DNA from: Desulfovibrionaceae bacterium
GTDB lineage: Bacteria; Desulfobacterota; Desulfovibrionia; Desulfovibrionales; Desulfovibrionaceae
DNA: 58,652 bases
Direction of reading: 5' to 3'
Assembly: GCA_017455745.1 (NCBI GenBank)
Contig: JAFSZE010000015.1
Location: forward strand, 1-58,652
The notes beneath the pieces are model-generated. The model was not told where the DNA came from, ran no database searches, and saw only the letters and a program-made list of their open reading frames with translations. Both the position numbers and the translations under genes were made by a program. Below, one piece after another: positions 40,763 through 50,356 of this stretch. Within the stretch, counting starts at the first letter, position 1. Every line of letters starts with the position of its first letter.

Positions 40763-42652
40763 AAGGCAACTTAAAAGGTCTGGCAATAAATTTTCTTCTA
40801 ACTAGCTAGTTTCTCTTAAAAGTTCTTAGAGGAAAGTCGGCAGAGGGTTTTTGCGGGTAGCACTAATCTTTTTCTGCTTTTTGTCGAGAAATAGGACAGT
40901 ATATCTTGTTTTCTAGGATCTAGAATATCTCGATATTTTTAGCTTCATGGCAGCTAGGCATTAGAGCAAAGTCTTTCTTTTCCTACCCTAAAATCAAGCG
41001 CAAATATATGTTCGAGTGGGACAATTTTTCCGACCTTAGACATAACCTGAGTCTATTTGGCAGAAAAATCTGAGACACAATTGAGAGAGTATTTGCCATA
41101 AGGGCCGAGATTATTTAGATTTTTTAGGGGCCTGGGCTTTTTGGGAAAAAAGTTAATGATTTCCATAGGTTAGCATAAGAATCCCGCTTTTAAGCCACCT
41201 AAAAAAAAGTGCTTAAGCCAAATTTCTTTCAAATCTAACGACTAAATTGTGACTCTCTCAAGAAAAACTTTAATCCAGATTAGCTCGCCTAAAATGCTCA
41301 TTGTCAAAAAATTGAGCATTTTTTTGTCAGATAATCTTAAGTTGTAAAATTGACAATCAAAGATATGACGTCTAAATTATTTAAGAAATCTGAATTGGTA
41401 AAAGAAATTTTTTGAAAATATTGATATTTACCTAGACATTCTTTGAGAGAACGAACTTAGAAAATGATAATTGTAGCTTTTATGGCTTAAATTATAATGC
41501 ATAGAATGATTTTATAAACACAAAAGCAAAGATTCTCTTATATTTTAAAGAGTAGCTTTGCTCAAAAAAAGACATTTTATCCTATAATCAAAAAAGGATT
41601 CAGTAATGTTTTTAGGTAATGCTTTTTCAATTATTTATAAAATTCTAAATAATTTATTTTAAGGGTATTGTTGATAAAAATTTTTGCTTTAAACATTTTA
41701 GAAAAGTTTATTTCTCTTTAAAAATTATATTTGATTGTACTTAAAAATATTTTCTCTAGATGAATTTATTGCTATTTAAAGCTTCCAAAACTTAGACTAA
41801 GATTTGATTTACCGACTTCCTTTGTGAAACTAAAGATAATCGCTTAAGTCGATTTGCTCAAAATTTTTGTTTTAAAGAAAACTATATGGTAAATCTTGAC
41901 AACCAAATAAATTGATACGACCTGTAAAAGGACCAAGTCATAGTTTATAAGAGTTTTAAGTCATAACCTATAAGAGCTGTTTGGCAAGTAAGAGCAGCTT
42001 TGCACGGTATAATTCAAGATAAATATTGAATTTTTTGCGCTAAACTTTATGGCCTAATTTTAGCGTTTTGATCCAAATAGCTTTTTAAAAATGATCTTGT
42101 GGATGCACCTCTCCAAAGCTAAATTCCACATAATCTGGCCAGAAAGCTATTTTTGGGTCTCACTTGTGGCCAGAGTTTTGTTTGAACGTAAAGCCATAAC
42201 CTGGCTTAAAAAATCCTCTCCACCCTTACCAAAATTAAGGGGAAATAGTGGTCTAGAAGTTTAGCTGCACAAAAGCGGCAAGAGTCTAGGCCACCTATTT
42301 TTAGGTGGTTTTTGATCCTAGACTTGGTTTGAACTTTTGTGACTATTCTGATAGATTTTCTTCAGGATTTGGATGTCATATCTCCTTGTAATTTTGCGCT
42401 TTTAGACCCAAATTTTGCTAACCTTTGCCGATTTTGTCGTTCACCAAGATCATTGCAAAATATATGCCAAGTTTGGAATAGCTGCAAAAGTATTTGGGAA
42501 ACCTTGACCCCAGATCCATTCTTTAAGCTAATCGGGCTAGCTTTAACAATTTAACCAAGTTTAGTTGACGGAAAATCCGATTTAGAAGGGGAATCGGTTG
42601 TCACTAAGCTGACTGGATTGAGGAAAAATCTAATCTGTGGGGAGAGGAACAG

Positions 42653-43246
42653 ATGGGATTCCAAACAAAACACTGGCCACAAGATATTTTGCAGCAGATA
42701 CTTGCTCAATGCAAAGAGCAGCATCTGTCATATCGTGCGCTTAAAATTTACGAAGAGAATATTTCGGCAACAGAAACAAAGATTTCTGTTATCATTCCCA
42801 CCAAGAAAGATCCGAGTCTCTGCCACATCTACTGCTGCGTGGTACCCATTGAAAAGGCCCTCGAAACGACAGTAGAACTCAGAACTTGCATCAACATCTT
42901 GAATAAAAATGACAGCGTGGTTATCACGCGTCATCAGTTGATGGAGCTTTGCGCTAAGATTGTCTCCAAAGCTTCTCGTGAAATCGGTAGTTCTGAGCTT
43001 TTGAATTTGATTGATTATGTCTGGCAGGAAGCTCAAAGCACTCCGCATGCTGACTGGGTGAATACTTTGGAACATAACACCCAGTACAGTACGTTAATTT
43101 ACAAGCTCTGCTTTGATACCTATAAACTCGGATTGTCGGAGAATAAGCCTCTGACTGATGAGACTAAGCTTGTGATCACCGAAATGATTCGGGGATTGTT
43201 TAACAAGCTTAGAGAGCTCAACGGTCGTAAATTGGATCTTTCATAG
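42653..43246 (+). CDS. Hypothetical protein (197 aa)
   Basis: Long ORF with RBS GAGAGGA; no family recognised. Confidence 0.7.
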   Translation: MGFQTKHWPQDILQQILAQCKEQHLSYRALKIYEENISATETKISVIIPTKKDPSLCHIYCCVVPIEKALETTVELRTCINILNKNDSVVITRHQLMELCAKIVSKASREIGSSELLNLIDYVWQEAQSTPHADWVNTLEHNTQYSTLIYKLCFDTYKLGLSENKPLTDETKLVITEMIRGLFNKLRELNGRKLDLS

Positions 43247-43359
43247 TTACCCTTATAAGGAATCAACTTCTCCCACGCTTTTGGAACCAACCCTTTGGCC
43301 CCAAAAATTTGGTGCAAATCTTTTAGGAATAGATAGGCAAGAAGTGATTCCTCTCATAT

Positions 43360-43524
43360 TATATCTGACAATTGCGACTAAAAAACATGACAGGTAGTTG
43401 GGAGTGGTTCCCAACGCGGCAAGAGCTTGTCATGCGCTCCTTCTTTAGTTGGCAATTGGGTGTGAAAATTTATTTTTTGACTACGCCCAAAAGCTGATGG
43501 CAAGTAGCTTTTGGGCGTAGTTTG
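43360..43524 (+). ncRNA. Candidate structured sRNA: rod hairpin plus terminator
   Basis: Nested stems 43369-82/43444-58, 43386-94/43426-34, 43397-403/43409-15; 17-bp terminator stem 43479-95/43506-22. Confidence 0.45.
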
Positions 43525-43864
43525 TATTCTAGGTTTGAACACTTAAATCTTTCTTTGGCATTTGCAACGTTTGACTTTTTGGAACGTAAGAGAAGATCTC
43601 TTGAGTTTGATTTAGGGGCTTATTTTGACATTTTGTGTGAAAGCTATTTTTTTGCTAGATAAAAAGCTTAGGCCGACATTTTCGCTAATTTCCGTGTGTT
43701 TTAGTTAGTTCATCGAGTATGCCTAATGGGTATTTTTTAGTTTATCTTCAAGCCTTCAGGTAGGCGATTTGGCCTGCTAGCTAAAATCTCGTTGCCTTGG
43801 CTTATGGGATTGTCATTAGCTCTTTTTGATGGCGAGTATTAGTCTTTAACTTTAAGGTTCACAC

Positions 43865-44185
43865 ATGCTTTGGGAAATATTGATCTTTTGTGTGTTAGGT
43901 ATACTTGGGGTAGGCGGGGTTTTACTTGGTGTCTATACCTTACACAAGCTTGAAAGCAAAAATGACACATCGGAATTGGTTGAAGCCATAAGAAAACTTG
44001 AAAGCCGACCAGTCTTTGATCCAAGCCAAATCAGGGATTTGGTTGGTCGAGTTAACAAACTAGACAATGTCACAACGCAACAAGGCCAACTATTGGCCTT
44101 AGTTAAGAAGTCGGCCTACCAGGCTGAGGAATTAAGTAAGAAATTATCAGCTGTTTATAATCAAACAGCTTCTAATAAAATTTAA
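43865..44185 (+). CDS. Hypothetical protein with N-terminal TM helix and coiled coil
   Basis: Hydrophobic N-terminus followed by heptad pattern. Confidence 0.65.
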   Translation: MLWEILIFCVLGILGVGGVLLGVYTLHKLESKNDTSELVEAIRKLESRPVFDPSQIRDLVGRVNKLDNVTTQQGQLLALVKKSAYQAEELSKKLSAVYNQTASNKI

Positions 44186-44196
44186 GGAGTTGACAC

Positions 44197-44469
44197 ATGA
44201 ATATACTCGAGTTTGAAAATTGGGCCTGGCAGCATGAAAAAGTGAAGGTATTTGTTAGGGCCCCATTGTCAACTCAGGTTAAGGTCGATAGTCCTGATGC
44301 TGCAATGTTTAGTTCAGGAAATACTGTTCGGCAGTTTAAACAGATGCGCTTAAGTGTCATTTTAGAAAATCTTGAATATGTTATCTTTGATGCATCCATG
44401 AATGAAGCGTCAGGTGACATGAAATTATTGGATTTACGCAAAGGTTATCGTGAAAAGAATATCATCTAG
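44197..44469 (+). CDS. Hypothetical 90-aa protein
   Basis: AAGGAG RBS; 11-bp gap from the upstream gene; terminator follows. Confidence 0.75.
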   Translation: MNILEFENWAWQHEKVKVFVRAPLSTQVKVDSPDAAMFSSGNTVRQFKQMRLSVILENLEYVIFDASMNEASGDMKLLDLRKGYREKNII

Positions 44470-44479
44470 ACTTTTGATA

Positions 44480-44525
44480 AAAACAAAAAGAGTCCTGCAA
44501 TAATTTGTAGGACTCTTTTTGTTTT
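44480..44525. terminator. Bidirectional intrinsic terminator
   Basis: aaaacaaaaagagtcctgcaa / ttgtaggactctttttgtttt. Confidence 0.85.
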
Positions 44526-44904
44526 GTGTTTAAAAATATTTATGGCAGAAAATTACTTTAATTCTTTTCAGAAGTCTTGTAATTTTAGTTCTGATTGTTT
44601 TTTTGGAGATTGTAACAGTAGGTTATTGTAGATTAGACTTTTAAGTTACAATTAGCAATGAGTTTTTAACATGATTTTTATTGAGTATGGAAGTCTTGGG
44701 TTACTTTGATTACTCTGTTTACTTTGATCTAAATTTCTATCTTGCGCCAAGTGTTTAGGGAATATCCGTGAATATTTAGCGGTTTAGCTATCTCGATTAT
44801 TATTCAGAGTATAGATTCAATGAATTTTTTGCACTAAAAAAGCGGCTTTTATCCCACACAACGATGTGGTTTTGGGCGCAAATTTATAACTTTATCACTT
44901 CAAC

Positions 44905-44980
44905 TGGTGGGCCTGCCAAGACTCGAACTTGGAACCAGCCGGTTATGAGCCGGAAGCTCTGCCAATTGAGCTATAGGCCC
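44905..44980 (-). tRNA. tRNA with CAT anticodon, most likely tRNA-Ile2
   Basis: 76 nt GGGCCTATAGCTCAATTGGCAGAGC...CTCATAA...GTTCGAGT...GGCCCACCA; C4-G69 and C5-G68 pairs typical of TilS substrates. Confidence 0.92.
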
Positions 44981-45417
44981 ACACAAGAAGCTCTTTTCTT
45001 TCTATGCTTCCTTGAAGGTTAAGTCAAGGGGAAATTTAAATGAGCGAACTTTGGAAAAATCTGGTGAAATTTAGAGGTTTAATCAAATTGGGCTGATCTT
45101 TTGAAATAAATGCAAGTGGACGATAGATGTTTGGGAATATTTGTCGAAGTGGTTTAGATCAATCCAAATTTGGGGTGCGATCAATGATCAATGCACAAAT
45201 GTGTTAAGTTAGTAGTCTTAAGTTGTTGGTCGAAATCATTTGCGTTGGTTGGTGAAATTGTGTTTAGTCTCTTTTGAAGTTTAAGTTGTGAAAAATAGAT
45301 GTCGGCAATTATTCATTTAACAAAAAATAGAAAGATATTGTGATGTATGGAATCAAAAGTTTTGATTATATGTGATAGATTCTAATTATTTATGCTTAAA
45401 AGATACATTAAGTATTG

Positions 45418-47052
45418 TTAACCAATTAGTCTCATAGCCATCTGCGGCATAACATTAGCTTGTGATAACATAGCAACTGCAGCTTGAGTGAGAATTTGAT
45501 TTTTAACAAAATTAGTCATTTCCTTAGCAATATCAATATCTGATATACGTGATTCAGCCGTCTGTAAATTTTCAGATTGGGTTGTTAAATTTGACATCGT
45601 GTTCTCAAGACGATTCTGCATTGCACCGTAGTAGGCGCGGATATTGTCCTTCTTGACAATGGCATCTTTGATAGTAACTAAAGCTTTTTGTGCATTCTCT
45701 TGAGTTTCGATTGATACTCCAGAAAGTCCCAAGCCAGAAGTAGTAGCATCACTTTTATTGATGTAGTAGTAGTCTTCTGCGGAGTCATTGCCGGAACCGA
45801 AATGGATTTTAACTACATTGTCTGGGATATCTTCAGAGACACTAGTAGAATCAGAGCCTCCAGAATCGCTTGAAGATTGTTTTGCTACATTAAGAGTGAT
45901 TGTAAAATTTTTTATAGTATAAGCGTTACGTGTTCCAGAAAGAGAAACAGTTTGCGATATCTCGTTCCCATTGCCTAAATCAATAGTAAATTCAGCACTA
46001 TTATTACTCCATGTATTGGTTATTGCAGATCCAGTCTCACCAACGATTCCTTCAAGAGTAGAACCATTAGCATATGTTATTTTATAGTTATATTGAGGAA
46101 TTTCACCTGTCACAAGTGGAACATTAACTGCATTATTATACCCTGTAACATTAGAAAGATTTGATGCTGTTAAATAAATGCTAGCGTGTGAGTTACCACC
46201 AATATTCAAATATATCGCATTAGTTCCTGTCATATAATAGTTAGCAATATTATTATAATCATCAATGTCGCTAGTTTCTGTATATCCAGCTGTAGCAATA
46301 GCCCATGTAGAGCCATTGTAGTAAACATCTAAGTTATCAGGAAGTCCTGTTGTAGAACCAGTTACTTCTACCGATATTGTCACATTTCCAAGACTAGTTG
46401 TTCTATTGACAGTATTAGTGTTAGTGACAGTTACAGTTGTTGTTCCTTCGTAATTTTCTGGTGATATAAGATCTGATCCTGAGTTAATAACAGGCTCTAA
46501 TGCAGTTGCTTGAGCAGTTCTTGAGCTAGTACCGTTTTCAAGATCTATAGGAGTATTAATATCATAGGTTGTGGTACCATCAGTACTTGTAGCTGTTCCC
46601 TGTGTACTAGCTGTACTTGTAGTTGAATAATTCCCATCCAAAAGCTTAATGCCATTAAAATCCGTGGCCCTAGCAATGCGATCAATCTCAGATGCCATTT
46701 GCTGGAACTCAGAATCAATCATGGCACGCTGGACAGAATTATATGTCCCTGTTGCAGCTTGCTCAGCCAATTCCTTCATGCGAATCAGCTTTTCATCAAT
46801 GATTGCAAGAGCACCGTCTGTTGTCTGGAGCATGGAAATAGCATCATTGGCGTTGCGTATTCCCTGCTTCATGGCAGTGATATCGGAGCGCATTAGCTCT
46901 CGGATAGCAAGCCCTGCCGCATCATCCGCCGCGCTGTTAATGCGAAGTCCTGACGAAAGACGTTGTGTGGACTTGGCTAATTGCGCATAGCTTGTCGACA
47001 GCCCACTAGCTGTTCTACTTGCAAGCGAATTGTTGTTGATTACCAGCGACAT
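45418..47052 (-). CDS. Flagellin with large Thr/Ser/Asn-rich inserted domain (544 aa)
   Basis: QRLSSGLRINSAADDAAGLAI, KIHFGSGNDSAEDYYY, QNRLE, AVAMLSQAN. Confidence 0.95.
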   Translation of the reverse strand: MSLVINNNSLASRTASGLSTSYAQLAKSTQRLSSGLRINSAADDAAGLAIRELMRSDITAMKQGIRNANDAISMLQTTDGALAIIDEKLIRMKELAEQAATGTYNSVQRAMIDSEFQQMASEIDRIARATDFNGIKLLDGNYSTTSTASTQGTATSTDGTTTYDINTPIDLENGTSSRTAQATALEPVINSGSDLISPENYEGTTTVTVTNTNTVNRTTSLGNVTISVEVTGSTTGLPDNLDVYYNGSTWAIATAGYTETSDIDDYNNIANYYMTGTNAIYLNIGGNSHASIYLTASNLSNVTGYNNAVNVPLVTGEIPQYNYKITYANGSTLEGIVGETGSAITNTWSNNSAEFTIDLGNGNEISQTVSLSGTRNAYTIKNFTITLNVAKQSSSDSGGSDSTSVSEDIPDNVVKIHFGSGNDSAEDYYYINKSDATTSGLGLSGVSIETQENAQKALVTIKDAIVKKDNIRAYYGAMQNRLENTMSNLTTQSENLQTAESRISDIDIAKEMTNFVKNQILTQAAVAMLSQANVMPQMAMRLIG

Positions 47053-47229
47053 GGCTTATATCCTCTAGATCTACCCAGACTATCCCAAAATCGGATAAAG
47101 CATTTTTTGAATTCAGTTGGAGAAGGTTTGGCACTAAAATCAGGTGGAAAAATTAGCTTTGGCAACCATAGCGTTTTGGCTATGGGCAAAGCAGACTTTA
47201 AGTTAAATTTTTCCTACCCAACCATAGTA

Positions 47230-47246
47230 TGCAAAAACTGGTCCAA
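47230..47246 (-). promoter_or_regulatory. sigma54 -24/-12 promoter for the third flagellin
   Basis: Minus strand TTGGACCAGTTTTTGCA: GG-N10-GC. Confidence 0.6.
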
Positions 47247-47480
47247 AACCTTCAAGCCTTGATTTAAGGGGATAAAGTCAACTAAATTGTCTAAAGGTGC
47301 TTTATTCTTTGGGAGATGGGTAAATCTAAGGGATTTAGCTATGAGATTTTCGGCATAAAAGCTCCCGTGCAGTTAGATTTTTGACAGCCAAATCTGCGAT
47401 AAAAAGTTTTTTTTGGGCCTCGAGATTGGCTGGCCATAAAATCATGGAACTAATGGCTCTATAGGATTTGTCAATTCTTA

Positions 47481-47801
47481 CTAATGGGCTCCTGTCTCGC
47501 CTAGATATTCAAGCACGTGGAAGTGCAGATGATCCAAAATGTGGGTTAAGAGATTTATGCAGTCATCGCCCACAGCACGGCCTAAGAGACTGACAACAAA
47601 TTGCGTGCGCTTGGCATTGATTAAAGCTTCATAGCCAGGATCATCCGTAAAAGGAATGGCCTCAATGGCTTCTGTAAAAGCTAGCAATTCCTCTTCGGTC
47701 ACATATTTGATGGGTTGGAGCTCATCGTCAATATAGACATTGCCGTCAATAAGTTTCAACATAATGGGCTTGGCGTCAAAATCGGCCAGACAGATTTCCA
47801 T
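47481..47801 (-). CDS. Hypothetical acidic protein (106 aa)
   Basis: GAGG RBS; gene-like codon usage. Confidence 0.7.
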   Translation of the reverse strand: MEICLADFDAKPIMLKLIDGNVYIDDELQPIKYVTEEELLAFTEAIEAIPFTDDPGYEALINAKRTQFVVSLLGRAVGDDCINLLTHILDHLHFHVLEYLGETGAH

Positions 47802-48288
47802 GTTAAACCTCGCAAGAGATGCTCTATCGTTAAGGATGAGCGCTTTTCCAATAGTTTCAAGGAATTAGACTGCCGAAAAATAGCAAATTTTGGGCTAGCT
47901 GCCTAGCTTGAGTATGTGCGAAAATTTTAGCCAAGAACGTTTTAGCCAAGAAAGCTTGCGACTTCTTGCATCTACAAGATGGCTTTAGCGATTGTTAGCG
48001 TGCCTTTTTACTAGGCAAAATTAGTCCAATCTTTCTTTAATGGCTCACAAGTGAACCCTCAACCAATTTGCCAAAAGATTTTGCGCATTTTTCCATGCCG
48101 ATCATTTCTTTTGATTGGTCTGGGAGAATTAGCTTTCTCCGAGTATTACTAGATCCTAGTCGCTTAAGGTACACTCAAAGCACAGATGCGCACGTCTAAT
48201 GCGGAAGAGCTTGGAAGAGCCCAGAAAGAGTCTCTAGCCACTCCATCTTTACATGGCTAGTTTGAGTCAACATTTCTTTGCACATCTT

Positions 48289-48488
48289 TAAAACTCTATA
48301 TCCACCAGATAAGTGTCTTTATTGCCTGGAGCTTGAATCTAAACCTCTCGCTGCGCCAAAATTCTTGGCTTTCTGGCTAAAAATCTAAAACTCTATGTGC
48401 ACCAAGATACGTGCCTTTGTTGGCCTAAATCCTAAATCTAAAACGCTCGCTGGCCAAGATTCTTGTCTTTTGGCCAAAATCCTAAAAT
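48289..48488 (+). repeat. Two imperfect ~97-bp direct repeats, each of two related halves
   Basis: taaaactctat...agata.gtg...aatctaaa..ctcgctg...attcttg.ctt at 48289 and 48386. Confidence 0.75.
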
Positions 48489-48590
48489 TTTGCCTTGGCA
48501 GTATTTTCCTTTTAAGCATTTGTGTAGCAGAATTTCTTTGAAATATAGAGTATTAGCGCGTAATAAGCTGCTTGCTTTTTGGAGGATCAC

Positions 48591-49568
48591 ATGATTGTTG
48601 TTACAGGCGGCGCTGGCTTCATTGGCAGCGCGTTGATTTGGGAGCTCAATCGCCAAGATTTTAGTGATATCTTGATTGTGGATCACTTGGGGGAAAGTGA
48701 GAAATGGCGTAATCTGGTTAAACTCAAATTTTCAGACTACATACCAAGAGAAGAATTTCATAAACTCTTGTTGGAGAATAAACTCTTAACCCCCATCTGG
48801 GCCATCGTGCATTTGGGAGCCTGCTCCTCAACCACAGAACGCGATGCGGACTTTTTGCTGCGGAACAATTTCAAATATAGCCAAGATATCTGTCGCTATG
48901 CCCTTGAACATAATATCAGAACCATTGTGGCAAGCTCTGCTGCTACCTATGGCGATGGCAGCTTAGGCTTTAGCGGAGATTACGCCCTAATCCCTAAACT
49001 TAAACCGCTCAATATGTACGGTTATTCCAAACAGCTTTTGGATCTGTGGCTATTGAAAAACAACTACCAAGATCGCATCTGCAGCCTAAAATTCTTTAAT
49101 GTCTATGGCCCCAATGAATACCATAAGGGGGACATGAAAAGTGTGGTGGCAAAAGCTTATCAGAAGATCAAAGCTACTGGTCGGATGGAACTCTTTGAAT
49201 CTAATGATCCATCCATTGCCAATGGCGAGCAAAAACGTGACTTTGTCTACATCAAAGATTGTGTAAAATTAATCTACCACCTCTTAGATCATTCAGGAAT
49301 CAATGGCATCTATAATGTTGGTACAGGGATTGCCAGAAGTTTTAATGATTTGGTTAAAGCCGTTTTTAAGGCATTAAATATGCCAGCCCAGATTGACTAT
49401 ATTCCCATGCCAGATGAGCTAAACTCTAAATATCAAAATTATACCTGCGCCAACATGGATTGGCTTGAAAAAGTTGATTATCCTGGTCAATTTGGATCTT
49501 TGGAAGAAGGTGTCTACGATTACGTCAAAAATTATTTAGATACCAATGATCCATATCTTGAACCATAA
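48591..49568 (+). CDS. rfaD: ADP-L-glycero-D-manno-heptose-6-epimerase
   Basis: VTGGAGFIGS, HLGACSSTTE, PLNMYGYSK, FFNVYGPNEYHKG; GGAGG RBS. Confidence 0.93.
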   Translation: MIVVTGGAGFIGSALIWELNRQDFSDILIVDHLGESEKWRNLVKLKFSDYIPREEFHKLLLENKLLTPIWAIVHLGACSSTTERDADFLLRNNFKYSQDICRYALEHNIRTIVASSAATYGDGSLGFSGDYALIPKLKPLNMYGYSKQLLDLWLLKNNYQDRICSLKFFNVYGPNEYHKGDMKSVVAKAYQKIKATGRMELFESNDPSIANGEQKRDFVYIKDCVKLIYHLLDHSGINGIYNVGTGIARSFNDLVKAVFKALNMPAQIDYIPMPDELNSKYQNYTCANMDWLEKVDYPGQFGSLEEGVYDYVKNYLDTNDPYLEP

Positions 49569-49871
49569 GAAAATATCTTGTTATCTAGACCAATTTCTAT
49601 TACGTTTCCCACTATGTTTCCCACGGAATATTGAAATAAATAAGCTATGTGCGCTAGAATAGACGGATATACATATAGATCCGTGTCAAAAATTTTGGTA
49701 AAAATGCAATAACTAAAAACTAGCCTTTATATTCTTGTGTGTTTTTCCACTTTCGAAAGAAATGTTTTATGAGAGATATTCTCAAGAAACATCCTTAAGA
49801 AATGTAAAAATGCCTCTTTTAAAAAGGATTGCTTTTAAAAGAATACATTAGTCAAAATGCTCTAAGTTACT

Positions 49872-49912
49872 AAAAATATGCGGGCTTAAAGTGATTAACT
49901 TTAAGCCCGCAT
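49872..49912 (-). terminator. Hairpin terminator between convergent rfaD and the glycogen operon
   Basis: atgcgggcttaaagt / actttaagcccgcat perfect 15-bp stem. Confidence 0.7.
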
Positions 49913-50356
49913 CAATCTTTAACGCGATGTTTGAACAATCAATAAATTTAATAAAACAATCAAATCATATAAGCATACACTTATACCCACACAGAGTCGT
50001 ATAATTTAAATTCATGCAATCTGAATATTTTTCTAACACGCTATAAATCACTATAGACGGATATAGATCTGTACAAAAACGCTTGTATATTTTCAGATAT
50101 TCTCTAATATCTTATAAATCCTTCTATCACCTTACGAACAAAGCATTTTTAGAATCAGTTCAATCTTAATCTGAGATTAAACCTAATCCCAAATAATTTG
50201 CTTATCACCTAATTTGTTTCTCTTCTCAACCAACCAACCAATCAATCTATCACCTATCACCCATCAACTTCCAAACCCATTCAATACCCATTCAATCTTA
50301 ATCTCAAATAATTAATCGCACACTACTAAATTGATTAATCATCCACTCCTAAAATC

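Noticed and set aside
29230-44980. tRNA-anchored integrative element carrying the defence operon
   Set aside because: No integrase and no duplicated tRNA 3' end found by eye
26005-47052. Inversion-based flagellin phase variation between the oppositely oriented flagellins
   Set aside because: Conserved domains differ at many synonymous sites, with no long identical tracts, invertase or inverted recombination sites seen
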